A DNA stretch of 34,383 bases from positions 1-34,383 of the forward strand of contig ADNK01002805.1 in the NCBI GenBank assembly GCA_000320545.1, in the 5' to 3' direction. This DNA comes from Bigelowiella natans CCMP2755 (Eukaryota; Protista; Cercozoa). A program made the position numbers and the translations under genes. Below are positions 1 through 11,953 of the stretch, piece after piece (within the stretch, counting starts at the first letter, position 1; every line of letters begins with the position of its first letter). Under the pieces are notes generated by a model that saw only the letters and a list, made by a program, of their open reading frames with translations, made no database searches and had not been told where the DNA came from.

Positions 1-14
1 GTGAGTCTGCACAC

Positions 15-552
15 CCCTGTTTTGGTGTCAAGCATGACAGAAGGAAACCTGTGCGTAGTAGCAGCAGTAGTAGTAATTAACAAGAGTAGAAGATACTATA
101 GTGATCTTTCTGTCTTTCTCTCGCGCCCTCCACCAACACCCCGCTCTCTCCTTACTCGATAATTTCTTGGTTCTGAAGTCTCTGCCCATCCTCACACCTG
201 TGTACATGGGCGTCGTTCGGTTAGGTAAAGGTAAAGTGACATAATTGCATGTGTGTGTGTGTGTGTGTGTGTGTGTGAGCTGTTAGTAATTCAAAATTGC
301 TATTGACGCTGATTATCCGGCTGCCATATTTGATTTACTCGTCGTCGTCGTTGTTGTTGTTGTTGTTGTTGTCATCATACGTGGCCTCGAAGTCGAGAAT
401 GCAAAGATATTTCACTTCCGCAAGCTGAGATGACCGCACGCACACGTACAGACCAGGGGGGGGGGGAGAGGGGCAGGAGGAAGGAGCACATAATTAACAA
501 AGACGTTTGCAGAATATCATACATCATACGTATATTATGATGCCAGTGAGAG

Positions 553-597
<45 letters not shown>

Positions 598-876
598 ATT
601 TGCATATAGTGTTCCTTAATAGTAGAGATTACACCTCTGTTTCTGATCTTATTGCGCGCGTTCTCCAATTCTGCAAGTGAAGGCAGCGTCATACACGCAA
701 TAATCTAGCTGGAGCGCCATTGGTGGTGGGGGGGGGATTCGAATGGGGTTTTTCTCTCGTGGATATTCTCAACCAATGATGCCCCAGCCGATCGATGCTG
801 TAATAAAGCAGAATTGATGAAGCTCCTACCTCTATTTCACAGAGCTTTTTGTGCTGCCCATGTCCTTTTACCTCCT

Positions 877-930
<54 letters not shown>

Positions 931-1119
931 ACATGCGTACATGTGCATGCATGTGCGTGTGCAAGGGGGGGGGCATGATGAGTTTGGAATGACCGACCTC
1001 CACTTTGGCAATGTAGGATGGGGGAATAATACCGCTCTGGTTCAAACCCTCCGTAAGAATGACTCTTCATTGGTAGCATCAGGTCCGCCCAGCCCCCCCC
1101 CCAATATACACACCGAGAG

Positions 1120-1161
<42 letters not shown>

Positions 1162-2482
1162 AGAAAAATAAAAACATAACCTCAGAAAGAGCAACCGAGT
1201 CTATCTCAATGGACATCACATCGGTGTTTGCCAGAACACCGAAATTAATCAATTTCAATCATGATAATGATGACACTAATATATAATAATTCCAAACACA
1301 GCGTATGCTATTTCCCCAATCTACTGCTGCTTTGCCGCTACTGTTCTGTGCAATAGCTGGTGGTATGTGCTGTACGCTACTACCACTATTACTACTACTA
1401 CTGCTGCTAGTAACTATTGCCTCTCCTCCCTATACTACCGATTCGTGGAAAGATACAGCTTGATCCCATCCTTAAGACACCTTGTCACCACAATACCATT
1501 ACTACCTTACGACGACGCATGTCGGCAGTGCAATGCAGCTGGATTCTTTACAATGCGAACAACAACTGCATCGTAGGTAGGAGCAGAATCCCTAATGCTT
1601 CTCTCATATGCCACCCCCCTCACACCATTACTACTACTGCTGCTACTACTGCTACTGCTATTACTACTGGCGGCTATTACTTCTCCACATCGAGATGGAT
1701 TAGCAGTTGTACGGTGCCTGAAAAAAACATGTATGTGGATTTATGGGCAAAAGAAGCAGCGGCGGCAGCATGGGGAGAATCTTATCCTGCATGCCATAAG
1801 CAGACAGCTGGTTTGTGCGCCATGTGTGATATGGACAAAATGGAAAAAATTGAAACAATAAAAAAATTTAAAACAATAATGATAATAATAATAATAATAA
1901 TAACAACGAAAATGTAGAAGAGGGGCACCTCTCATCCCGCTGATCGTGTCCCTCGACAAGAACGGATCTTAACACAAGAACAAAGACGCACGGGGGAAGA
2001 AGTTGAGGGGCAGACATTACATCGCTGCAAAGAAATTGGACATAAGAAGATCTCCCATTTCTCGCACATACAGCTGGAAAAGTGCACATGCTTCCGAGTC
2101 ATTCGATTGAGTCCGGTTTTTCTATCGAGGTTTGGAGGAAGGCGGGGGAGGGGGGGGGGGGGGGGGATGCAGCAAATGGAAAATATATCAGTACGCGAAG
2201 GAGGCAATAACCTACTCACCGAATGTAAGCAAATCGGTTCGGAAATAACGATGATCAAAGCATAAGATGTTTCAATGTATCGGAGTCTTTAGCGTTTGTG
2301 AAATCTATGATTTCGTTCAAACACACACATACACACACATACACGCACAAACACACGGACACCTCATCATATCGTATCGCATCGTATCGTATCGTATCGT
2401 ATCACACCTTATGCTGTCAAATGAGTCCCAATATGTTCCATGAATGCAAGCTTGGACCTTCACATCATCGTCATCATCAATC

Positions 2483-2516
<34 letters not shown>

Positions 2517-2965
2517 TGTAGCATACTTTCTACATAGTACCAGCAGCACACCAGCAGCACCCATGATGGATATAGTAGATATTTTCTGCTTTATCTCCCC
2601 CCCCTCCCCTCCTCCCCCTCTCTCCCTCTCAGTCGGTGTGTGTATAGACGTGTTTGTGCAGATAGAGAGAGAGAGAGAAAGAGGGTGAGAGATGAAAGAG
2701 GGTGGGGAGCGAAAATTACTTGGTTTGCATTTGTTATCTCCGTCATCATCGCGGTATCGTTGAGACTCCTTATGCTGTGTCCCTTTTGTATATACACATG
2801 TGTCTTTGTGTGTGTATGTGTGTTCTTTGCCAGATGTGCTGCATGAATGAATCAACTCAAGAATGATACCTGATTTGCCCGAATATAATACTCCGCGTTT
2901 TGGCTAGTAAGAAAGTCCATTCCACATAAACACGCAAGTAAGCAACATAAACAGACACACACACG

Positions 2966-3001
<36 letters not shown>

Positions 3002-3921
3002 GTACAATTATATTATATATTCTCGCGACAATGTATGATTTTGCCATCTTTGACAACCAACATTCAAACTTCGTTTATTCGCATAGAATATCGTATGCGA
3101 GTGCTAAACATACTTTTTCCTCATATCATCAGCGAAATCCCCGACGTAGCGCCTTGGGGGGGTGGGGAAGTAACCAAAAAATAAAAGTGTTTTGTGTATT
3201 TTCAGAATCCACATCAGAGAACACGCCAAAGCTCCATACTGTGCTTGAAAAGACGACTTCAAAAAGGGGTAAAATTAGAGAGGAAACAAAGAAGCGGAAG
3301 TGCAGGAGCAAGAACGAGAAAGAGAAGAAACGTGGAAGAAAGGAGTAAAATTAGAAACGTGCGCGTATTAAATGTAAATTACATTAACTTCTGGACATGC
3401 CCAGGCTTCATCCCTGCTTTCCGCATATCCTGCCATAGCTGCATACGAACGCTTCGATTTATTACACCGAACAACCCGAAACATCACTACTATGTATACA
3501 CACCTTGTCCTCTGGGCTGGAATCCATGAGCTTCTGCATCGTAACCTTTAGGCTATCTTCTAGGATTTTTCTGTACTCAGAGTTTGAGCCGAGCTTTGAT
3601 TCCTCCAGAACGGTTTGCAGCTGGGGAATTTTGTAGTTGGGGTCCTGAAAGGAAGAGAGAAATTGAAACGACGAACTAGCTTCGGTGTTGGGAAACGATG
3701 ACTTACAAAGTGTCGGAGCCTGAATCGTTGCTTCTTGCAGTTTCTAACGATTTCCTGTATCTTTTCGATCTTCTTATCATCTTCAGTAAATTGGTCGAAT
3801 ACTGATATCTTGAGCAGGTCGCCAAGCTAACGTACGTATAGTGTACATGGCACAAAGCAGAATAATATGGGTTACAATGCTCCAACAGAGCATGTCGGAC
3901 ATTCTCGCGAATGCATATATC

Positions 3922-3960
<39 letters not shown>

Positions 3961-4416
3961 GTGTGTGTGTGTATAATTATATGTATCAATGCAATGAAGG
4001 GTTCCTTTCAATGATATATTAATCTTCAGCCAAATCCCCACCCCTTAAACGAAATGGTTTCCGCGCCAAAAAAATTGGGTATTATCGGGATCGGAATGGT
4101 CGTTGGTAAACTGACCTTCACGTATCCATCCGGCGTCATCTTTAGCCCATAATCGAGAGCCTTATGCCTATTGAAAACAAAATTAAGCTTGTTGGGTTTT
4201 GCAATGTGATGACAAAGTTCATTTAGCACTGTATACCTGAGCACGCGAGTCAAAGCCCGTGATAATCGTTCCTAATGTTTGAAGAAGAAACAGGAGGAGG
4301 ATGAGGAGGAGGACAATGGGTGAAAATAGAACAAGAAACAAACGATTGCGAAACAAACGACTGCGAACGAAAGGAGAAAATTCCATGTTTGCTCCGACCT
4401 GAATGGATCTTTCCAT
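15..4416 (-). CDS. TPT1: tRNA 2'-phosphotransferase (Tpt1/KptA) with SAM-like insert, fused to an ERI-1-like DEDDh 3'-5' exonuclease; 3' end runs out of the window
   Basis: Phase-consistent exons: 4416-4399 MERSIQ; 4271-4237 ERLSRALTRVLR; 4167-4116 HKALDYGLKMTPDGYVK; 3826-3707 LGDLL..IVRNCKKQRFRLRHF; 3644-3504, 3438-3383, 3152-3114 (insert); 2903-2870 YYIRANQ; 2782-2720 GHSIRSL; 2457-2408 ACIHGTYW; 2121-2072 GLNRMTRKHVHFS; 1967-1929 TISGMR; 1230-1181 DVMSIEID (acceptor reads GG, not AG); about 1063-998 VILTEGLNQSGIIPPSY (5' edge garbled); 874-830; 670-635; 424-381 YLCILDFEAT; 197-156 CEDGQRLQNQEIIE; 48-15 FPSVMLDTKTG. The Tpt1 Arg-His-Arg-Arg catalytic tetrad and the HGT motif are present. 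Confidence 0.9.
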
Positions 4417-4753
4417 GGCTTTGCAATAAAGAAGGGGGAGGAGGAGGAAGGGGAGAAGACGAGACAGAAGAATATTGGAATTTTACCGAATTGTTTGTCG
4501 CACTAAAGGAATTTATTCAATTTTTATGCTGCGACTAAAGGAATTTTCTCATTTTTTTGAAAATATCTGGTCGCTTGTCGTCTTGTCGGGAGATCTCGGG
4601 AGACTAAGGACTTCCACTCTTCCAGAAATTGAGATCTTAGAATATTATTGTTATTATTGTTATTTCGAATTAGGAAAATAATAGATCTAAATGTTGACCC
4701 GTAAACATTTAAATCAGAATTCAAACTCTCCACTGAGAGAATTCTCCGCTACA

Positions 4754-5306
4754 ATGGCGGCCGCAGGGCTGAGACATTCCAGGAACCCTGCGGCTATTGC
4801 CACCGCTAAAGCGACTGACCTGGTGCAAAAATTTGGATTTATCGCGTGCGCATGTGCAGTGATCCTCGGAACAGTGTCAGTGTTGATTTTGAAGGAGGTG
4901 ATTTATCCCAATCGACGCTTGCAAGGTTGCTCCTCCATCGCCTTTCGAGGTCTTCGTTCTGATGCTGATACTTTTTGTTTGCAGCTTGGCGAAGAAGTCG
5001 CATGGTGTGCTATGACTTCATAAACACCAAATGCTCTCGGGGAGAAAACTGCAAGTACTGATACATTTGTACATTATGTTCATACACCACGCAAGCACAC
5101 GCACGCACGAACTCACAATATGTATATTTATATATTAACATATTAACAAATTGTTGTTCTTTATCAGATTCGCCCACAAATCGGAATGGAAACCGAAGAA
5201 AATATGTCGCGATTTTCGAATAGGAAATTGCACGCGACAGGAGTCGTGCATGTTCTCGCATGACATGGAAGCTCACCGTCAGAGGCGACAAAAGGTGCCC
5301 TTGCTG
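4754..5306 (+). CDS. CCCH zinc-finger protein (partial model)
   Basis: Exon about 5168-5306 encodes KPKKICRDFRIGNCTRQESCMFSHD (C-x7-C-x5-C-x3-H). ATG at 4754 and a small exon at 4985-5004 are candidates, but they do not join this frame without a 1-nt indel. The 3' end is unresolved. Confidence 0.6.
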
Positions 5307-5681
5307 TACGTATAGGAGCTGTATTAATAGCAGTAGATACATACAGGAAGGAGAGAGACAAGCAAACTGAAAGTCTCCGAACAACAAAGCGTTTGCACCT
5401 GAAAACAAAACAACTCAAATTCGAATGATGCTTGCATCCAATAGCACCACCTTTACACGCATGATGCCCATATCGCCATCTGCAACGATGTGGATGTAAT
5501 GTTGTGAGAGCTGTTTATCATTCACGCCAAAAAGAAAGGTAGTAGTAATGGTCGTTGGCTCGTTGCTGTCGTCGTTCGTGGTGGAGTAATCGTTTTTGTA
5601 CCACAGTAAGAAATAGTGGCACGCCCATGTGAGCAGCAATATACCCCACTCTTCCTCGATGTTTTATATTTTTATCTTTCT

Positions 5682-5712
<31 letters not shown>

Positions 5713-5713
5713 A

Positions 5714-5748
<35 letters not shown>

Positions 5749-5768
5749 TTCCTCTCTTCTCCCATTCC

Positions 5769-6271
5769 TCATATATACCTGGCGCTTTCAATGTGTGGTA
5801 TATATGTGTACGTGTATGTGTATGTGTATGTGTATGTGTATGTGTGTCTGTGTGCATGCCAACTCAAGTCACGTCGTTGAATCATCCTGCCCTGACCTGA
5901 AAGTCATTGACATCTCCTCTCTTTCTGTGCCATACCCCCGCCCCCCTTCATCGAGGCTGCCGAAGAGATCAGGACCCCAAAGACCGTTTATATCAACAAG
6001 AGCTGACGGTCTCTCCCCTTCCCTCGCCGTCCCTTTCGTGAGCGCCGATCGACGACTTTTAGGCTTTAGAACGGGGGGTGAGCTGCTGAAGGGGTACCGC
6101 ACTTGCATGGCTCGTTTGGGGTTGTGCTTGAATAGAATGTGAGCATCAGAAAACTTAAGCACAGTGCCCGTGGCATGCTTGATCCAGCCCATCCGAAGAA
6201 ACTTATTACCGATCTCCACCTGCGCATTTTAAGATATAGATGTGTGTGCTTGTATATAAATATAATATGTG

Positions 6272-6319
<48 letters not shown>

Positions 6320-6464
6320 GATTACATATTTAATGCCATTGCAACCACAGCGCTGTTGGATGATAACACGACCGGGGTGATAATACGAACAGCTGGCGAC
6401 TTATGGTTGCTTTCCAATGCCAAGGATTCTAGGACGCTTCCACAACAAAATTGCTACTACTACT

Positions 6465-6520
<56 letters not shown>

Positions 6521-7644
6521 TATAATTCCTCCTCAATACCGCGTGTTGTCGATTCTTGGCTCGGCCAGAATTGACCATATAAGAGACTGCCTCATGAGCA
6601 ACAAAGGCGTCCTTTCTCCCCTGATTGTTGGAATCAGTAATAAGCACAGAGGGCTGTCGTAAACGCCGTGGAAATGAATGCCCCCCCCCCCCTTAAGATC
6701 TCATTCTGGTGAATTTGAGCAATGCTGTAACTTGATGGATGATAAGACATCTTAAGGCTTTTCGAGTACGCGAACGTTCACTCACCAGAAAATGTAGGTA
6801 ATATAATGCGTGTGTGTGTTTGTGTGTATGCGTGTGCGTGCTGCAACGTACAGAGGGTCTTTTGCTTCCAGCTTTCAGAAGAATCTCCTCTAAGTGCTGA
6901 TGTAAATAAGCACAACAGAGATACAAAAACAAAACCTCCCATCTCATCACTTCAATATGCTGTCAATGCCCTTGGCACTAATGATGATGATCTCACAACC
7001 TCATCAGCCATAGAGCCCCTTCCCCTCCCTTCCAATCATCCATCATATTCCTATCATCCATTTCACCGAGGTGGCATATCTAGAACATTATGTCAGCGCC
7101 TCTACTTACCTTTTGATTTGGTGAGGTTATGAGATCCCTTTGCGGTTCCTCCTCCTCCTCCCCTCCCCCCTCTTCAAAATAGCCATCACCACCCCCCTCC
7201 CTTAGCAAAGCATCACCGAACTTCGCGTCGCTATTCTCTGTGTCTGTAGTGGGGGTGGTGTTGGATAACGACCTTATCGTCTTATCGCTGAGATATGCGG
7301 TACTGTTCTTTGGGAGGCTACTGGCTCGAGGCTGCTGCTGCTGCTGCTGCTGAGGAGGAGGAAGAGATGTATTTACAATGACCGGGTCTTGGTGAATTGA
7401 TATTGTAATGGATTTCTGCTGAGGTCGTTGCTGTCTCCTTCCACTGTCATAAGGAGTAGGTGCGCCAGTATTGAGGCCTTGGCCGATGGCGGCGTCTTGC
7501 GAAGTTTTGGTTGTTTCCGACAAGGAAGAGGCCAGCATCGTGTTTCGCAGTGTATCGTGGGCCTTGGGTTCTGTAGACCTGTGTTGTTTCATTGTATCTT
7601 GAACATGTCTACACACAAGAATTGAAGGTGAAAATGTTCGCGCG

Positions 7645-7695
<51 letters not shown>

Positions 7696-8999
7696 TATAT
7701 ATGAGTGTGTGCGTGTGTGTGTATGTGTGCGTGTGTGTGTGTGTTGTGTAGCAAATAGAAAAATACTTCTCATGATCAGCACATTGCCAAGCTACGCAGC
7801 TCCACGCATATAGTACGCCCAGAGTAAGAATCATAGTAGCTCCACGCATATACTACGCCCAGAGTAAGAATCATACCCATTCATCCTCCGCTTTTGATCG
7901 TCGTTTGAACCAAAATCATCGGTATTAGCTGACGAGTAGTGTTCTGGTCGGATGCTATTACTCACTGCCATTTCTCGTCCTCCTCGCCTTCCAACTATTT
8001 CTTCTTCTTTTTCGCTGCACGTCGCATTCTCTCCTCCCCCCCCGCTGCTATGGTTATTCTCCTGCTTATGAGCGTAGTCGTCTCTGTTCCGAGAGAGGCT
8101 GTTGCTTGGAATTTCGAGCAGCGGTATTGCCCTCCTAATGGCATCGACGGCGGCGGTGGCTTGGTTTATACTGCTTCCAGCTGAGGACTTATCTGCATCG
8201 CTATCAGAAGCAAGAATTTTGGCGTCGTTGCTACCGCAACGAGCGCTATCTGCCGGCTGATTATGTCCTTTACCCCTTGTTCGCTGTACGACTGCTTCTG
8301 CCTCACCCTCCCTATTGCAATCTTCCTCGATGGCGCTGCCACTCCTGCCTTCATAGTGCGAACCATCTCTTGTGCGAAAGAAGGAGCCAGCTTCGCTTGC
8401 GCTGCTGTACACACTACTCAGCCCTCGGCGCCGAAGTATCGCTGGGGAGGCCACGTATCTTTCTCGCCTGGAATCTATTCCCTTGTCGGAACACGATGAG
8501 GTGCGAAAAGACTGTCCTGCTACGGTAGGAGGGGGGACAAGCGAGAGGGTATGAAGATTAAATATAACTTCTTAAATCGGGGAAGGGAGGAGGGAGGAAG
8601 GAAACTTCGGAAATGGAGCGATAATGATCGATCGATGTTTGGTTTGTTAGCATGATTCGGCTACTTCATAACCTTCTCCACCGACAGTGTTTCTTGAGTT
8701 ATAGTGACGCACACTGCTGTTGTTATTCGGTAAGGGTGATTTCCAGCAGCTAGTAGCTATGAAGCGATTACAGGATGATTTAGTGCTCTTTTTTCGGAAA
8801 TGACAGGGAGTATTGCAGCTTACCCTAACGAATGAGATCGTGATAATTTGTTCTTGTCATACCTGCCTGTTTGTATAGGATCCTTATTCTTCTCCCTATT
8901 GTCGATATTACTTCTGTCCTTCTGCATGGGTGGGTATCTCGTCCCAAGAGTGGGGTGGGCAGCAGCAGTTTCTGCTTCCGCCGAAGAAATAAAGCGCAT
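5769..8999 (-). CDS. DEP-domain protein with a long low-complexity N-terminal region
   Basis: Spliced exons near 6645-6540 and 6219-5895 give DAFVAHEAVSYMVNSGRAKNRQHA|VEIGNKFLRMGWIKHATGTVLKFSDAHILF, which fits the DEP consensus (F.g.EaV.wl...R.eAv.iG..ll..g.I.hv...F.D..y). Upstream exons near 8999-8824, 8750-8674, 8519-7876, 7608-7109 and 6897-6853 join in phase. One donor near 6692 reads GG in a G run. Start and stop are approximate. Confidence 0.7.
7798..7875. repeat. 40-bp tandem duplication (2 copies, 1 mismatch)
   Basis: agctccacgcatata(g/c)tacgcccagagtaagaatcata at 7798-7835 and 7838-7875, at the 5' end of an intron of the DEP gene. Confidence 0.9.
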
Positions 9000-9363
9000 T
9001 CAGCGGCTAATTCGCGAATACGACACGATCGATTTAATGTGGGGATCCTTGATCGTCATTTACTGCCCAGTTTTTATTGCTCTGACCCTCGTTTCTTAGT
9101 TCCTATTTTTCCTCGCACCGTTCCCTTCCTGCGCTCGATGTGTGAGATGGGTTTGGAGACAGGCGATTTGGTCGTTGTTTTTGAATGCGCGACAAGGAAA
9201 ATCTGCCAAATTTTGATCGGGATATCATCTCGAGCATGCCCTCCACAACCGAGCTGCGACAACTAATGGACAAGCAAACACTGCGAAATCCGCATTGTCG
9301 AATATTAGGAAAATTATCGCCCGGAAAACTTCTAAAGCTAACGCCTCCTCCCCTCTGTCGGTA

Positions 9364-11644
9364 ATGCGTTGGAGGGGGGTAGTGATCGTCACGTGGTTGT
9401 GCTCGTTGCCCCCTTCCCTCGCGGCCGATCACGCCTACCCGATGATAAAGCATACTTGTGCAACCTTGACTACCGTCATGAGACATCACTTAGTTGGTAG
9501 AAATTGGGGGGGGGGGAGGCAAAGATACGCCTGGCCTCACCATAATACAAACCTGAGGTGTAGTTCTTCGTCCCGAGGAAGAAGCAGCATGCCCCACCGT
9601 CGCCACTTTGAGCGCGAGTGGTGTGTATTCAGAGGTGGCATTAGCATGCAGCATAGCAATCATCAAAACCGACGATTACTCGCCGGCGCTGCATCGTCTG
9701 TCGCGTCGTCGGAGCAGCCAACATCTGATATTTTCACGCTCAAAGATTTCTACTCTGACGAAGTGGGTTCGCTATGATCTTGATGGTTTTCACAGAGACT
9801 GAGGGGATGAAATGTTTGGGGGGCGCGGAAATAGAGAGCGGGATGATGTTATTAACGATGACATGTGAATTATGTACGTCGTCGTTGCTAATGTTTTCTT
9901 CTTCTTCTTCTTCTTCTTCTTCTTCTTCTTTCGCTCAGGAAATAGTAAAAAAGAGTCGATTCATCACTCATGTGGCTCCGATACAAAATCAAGAGGAATT
10001 CGACGATTTCTTGGAAGAAATTCGGTACAGTTTATTGATGCGCTGCGAATTCGGTCGCTTGCTGTTTTCGTCCCTTCATCGCCGTCAGCGTTATCCCGAC
10101 GCTCCTCTGTTGGAATTACCATACTCAAAACCTACATGAAAGGAATGAACTGATGGACGATCTGTTTTGCACGATAGGGATGACACTGCGAGCCACAATT
10201 GTTGGGCCTGGAAGGTAATTTCTCACTGTTAATCATGAGGACATAAATTGAAAACAAACCGGCACGTGCTCTGCGCACAGCATTTTATAATGATGTTCTC
10301 TGTAAGGCTGGAAAAACAAACACGCACACTGGCAGCGAGTTGTTGGTTGATGAAATGCATAAAGGATTTATTGATGACACCCAATACGCAGGTCGGCAAT
10401 GAATATCGTTTCAGTGACGACGGCGAGCCTTCAGGTGGTACAAGGCGTGAAGGGGAAGATGAGGGGGGAGGGGGGGTAGTGCCGCCACTAAGGCCACGAA
10501 AGGCTTGGAGCTGTATTTGTCTTTTTACTAACTTGTACCCAAATTATTAATGGTTTCATCATACCATTGTGATATGACTCATAGCGACTTGTTGCACACA
10601 AAATAAGCGTTATTATCCCAATTATCGTCTCCGCTGTCATCAGGCACCGCAGGAAAGCCGATTTTCCAAGCCATTGAGTATTCGGGACTTGACAAGTATG
10701 TAAATTTGGAGAAATGATGATGATCCTACTTGATGATGATGATGATGATGGTGATATGTATGTAATGAACTTAAAGAAGTATGTAGAGGTGAATCGTCGG
10801 CCTTATTTGCCATTGCACCCAATCATTAGCGTCGCCGTTGTCGTTACTCGTTTTTTCGGAGGGATAAAGCTGGGCGCGGGTACGTTTAAGATCCCATCTC
10901 ATTCTCTTCCTCCTCCTCCTTCTCCTCCTCCCACTCACTGACGTCCTCTTTGTTGCTGCTGCTGCTATTCCTGCATTCTAGGAGGCCTTGTTCGGGCATA
11001 TGGCGGTTCGGCCTCGTCATGTTTGAGGAAGGCTCCGAGAGTAAAGGTGATGATGTCGTTGCAGGAGCATATAGTCATTTATGCAACCTGGCTCTCGTGT
11101 GCTATTTCTGCGAGTTAATGAGCTGCATGTATGAATCTCCGAGGACGCATTCCCCTTTGGGGAACCTATTTTCTATGATCGTCGCCACTCAGTATGATCA
11201 CTCTTTAGATGGTGGCAATGTCCCTCGTTGAGGTGTCCTGCTCAGCAAGCTTCATCGGCATCATGTAAGCAGAAACAAGCCATTGGAGAACAACACAGAA
11301 CCGCAGTTGTTCGAAGGCTAGTAGTAGCAACAGCGACTCCACATAATACGATTAGCTTTGAATTGCGATGGTATGCTCACTGAAGAACGATCTCCATTTG
11401 CCTAACATGCCTGATCTAAACTCGAAGAGATTCCTTGAGGTTATTGTGATATTTGGCTCCACTGTAGATACAGGATACTTCAAGGACGCTTAGATCTGAA
11501 AACGGTGGCATGCAATCGTTGTGCCATTGCTGTCGTCAATGATGCTCCTGTGATGATACTCTATGCTGAATGAAAAATTTAGACAAGGATTCGCATACAC
11601 GTAAACACCATGATAATGCTTAGAATACATGTAACAAAATAATA

Positions 11645-11686
<42 letters not shown>

Positions 11687-11698
11687 TACAAATGCAAA

Positions 11699-11739
<41 letters not shown>

Positions 11740-11953
11740 ATGAAAATGAATATATACGCAAAATGCATTTTATTGTGGCTGCACGTGTGTATATCATCAT
11801 CAGGACTACTGCGAAGACGGCAGTGTAAAAGTAAGTGCTCGTGTCCCTGAGGGAGATGCAGAAGTCATATCAAAGAAGGTGGAATCGGCCACTCAAGCAA
11901 GGGCGACTGTCGGAATAACAGCTAGCTTCCCGTCGGCCGAAGAACCTGAATAA
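9364..11953 (+). CDS. IMPACT/YigZ family protein (UPF0029 + DUF1949-like C-terminus) with a bipartite targeting leader
   Basis: Exons 9364-9762; 9939-10024 EIVKKSRFI; 10178-10214 ASHNCWAWK; 10392-10434 FSDDGEPSG; 10644-10695 TAGKPIFQAI; 10830-10879 VVVTRFFGGIKLGAG; 10982-11046 GLVRAYGG; 11209-11264; one or two uncertain small exons at 11355-11505; 11804-11953 DYCEDGSVKVSARVP..VESATQARATV..stop. Hallmark YigZ motifs are all present. Confidence 0.92.

Noticed and set aside
4691-5023. Tim21-like TM protein reading of the ORF
   Set aside because: No downstream Tim21 motifs. The following exon encodes a clear CCCH finger instead.
7798-7875. CRISPR-like repeat pair
   Set aside because: Two abutting copies, no spacer, eukaryotic context and no cas genes.
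8848-9294. + strand ORF resembling a multi-TM protein with in-frame stops (possible recoding or pseudogene)
   Set aside because: Better explained as the antisense shadow of the DEP gene's first exon and the promoter region. Neighbouring genes use standard stop codons.
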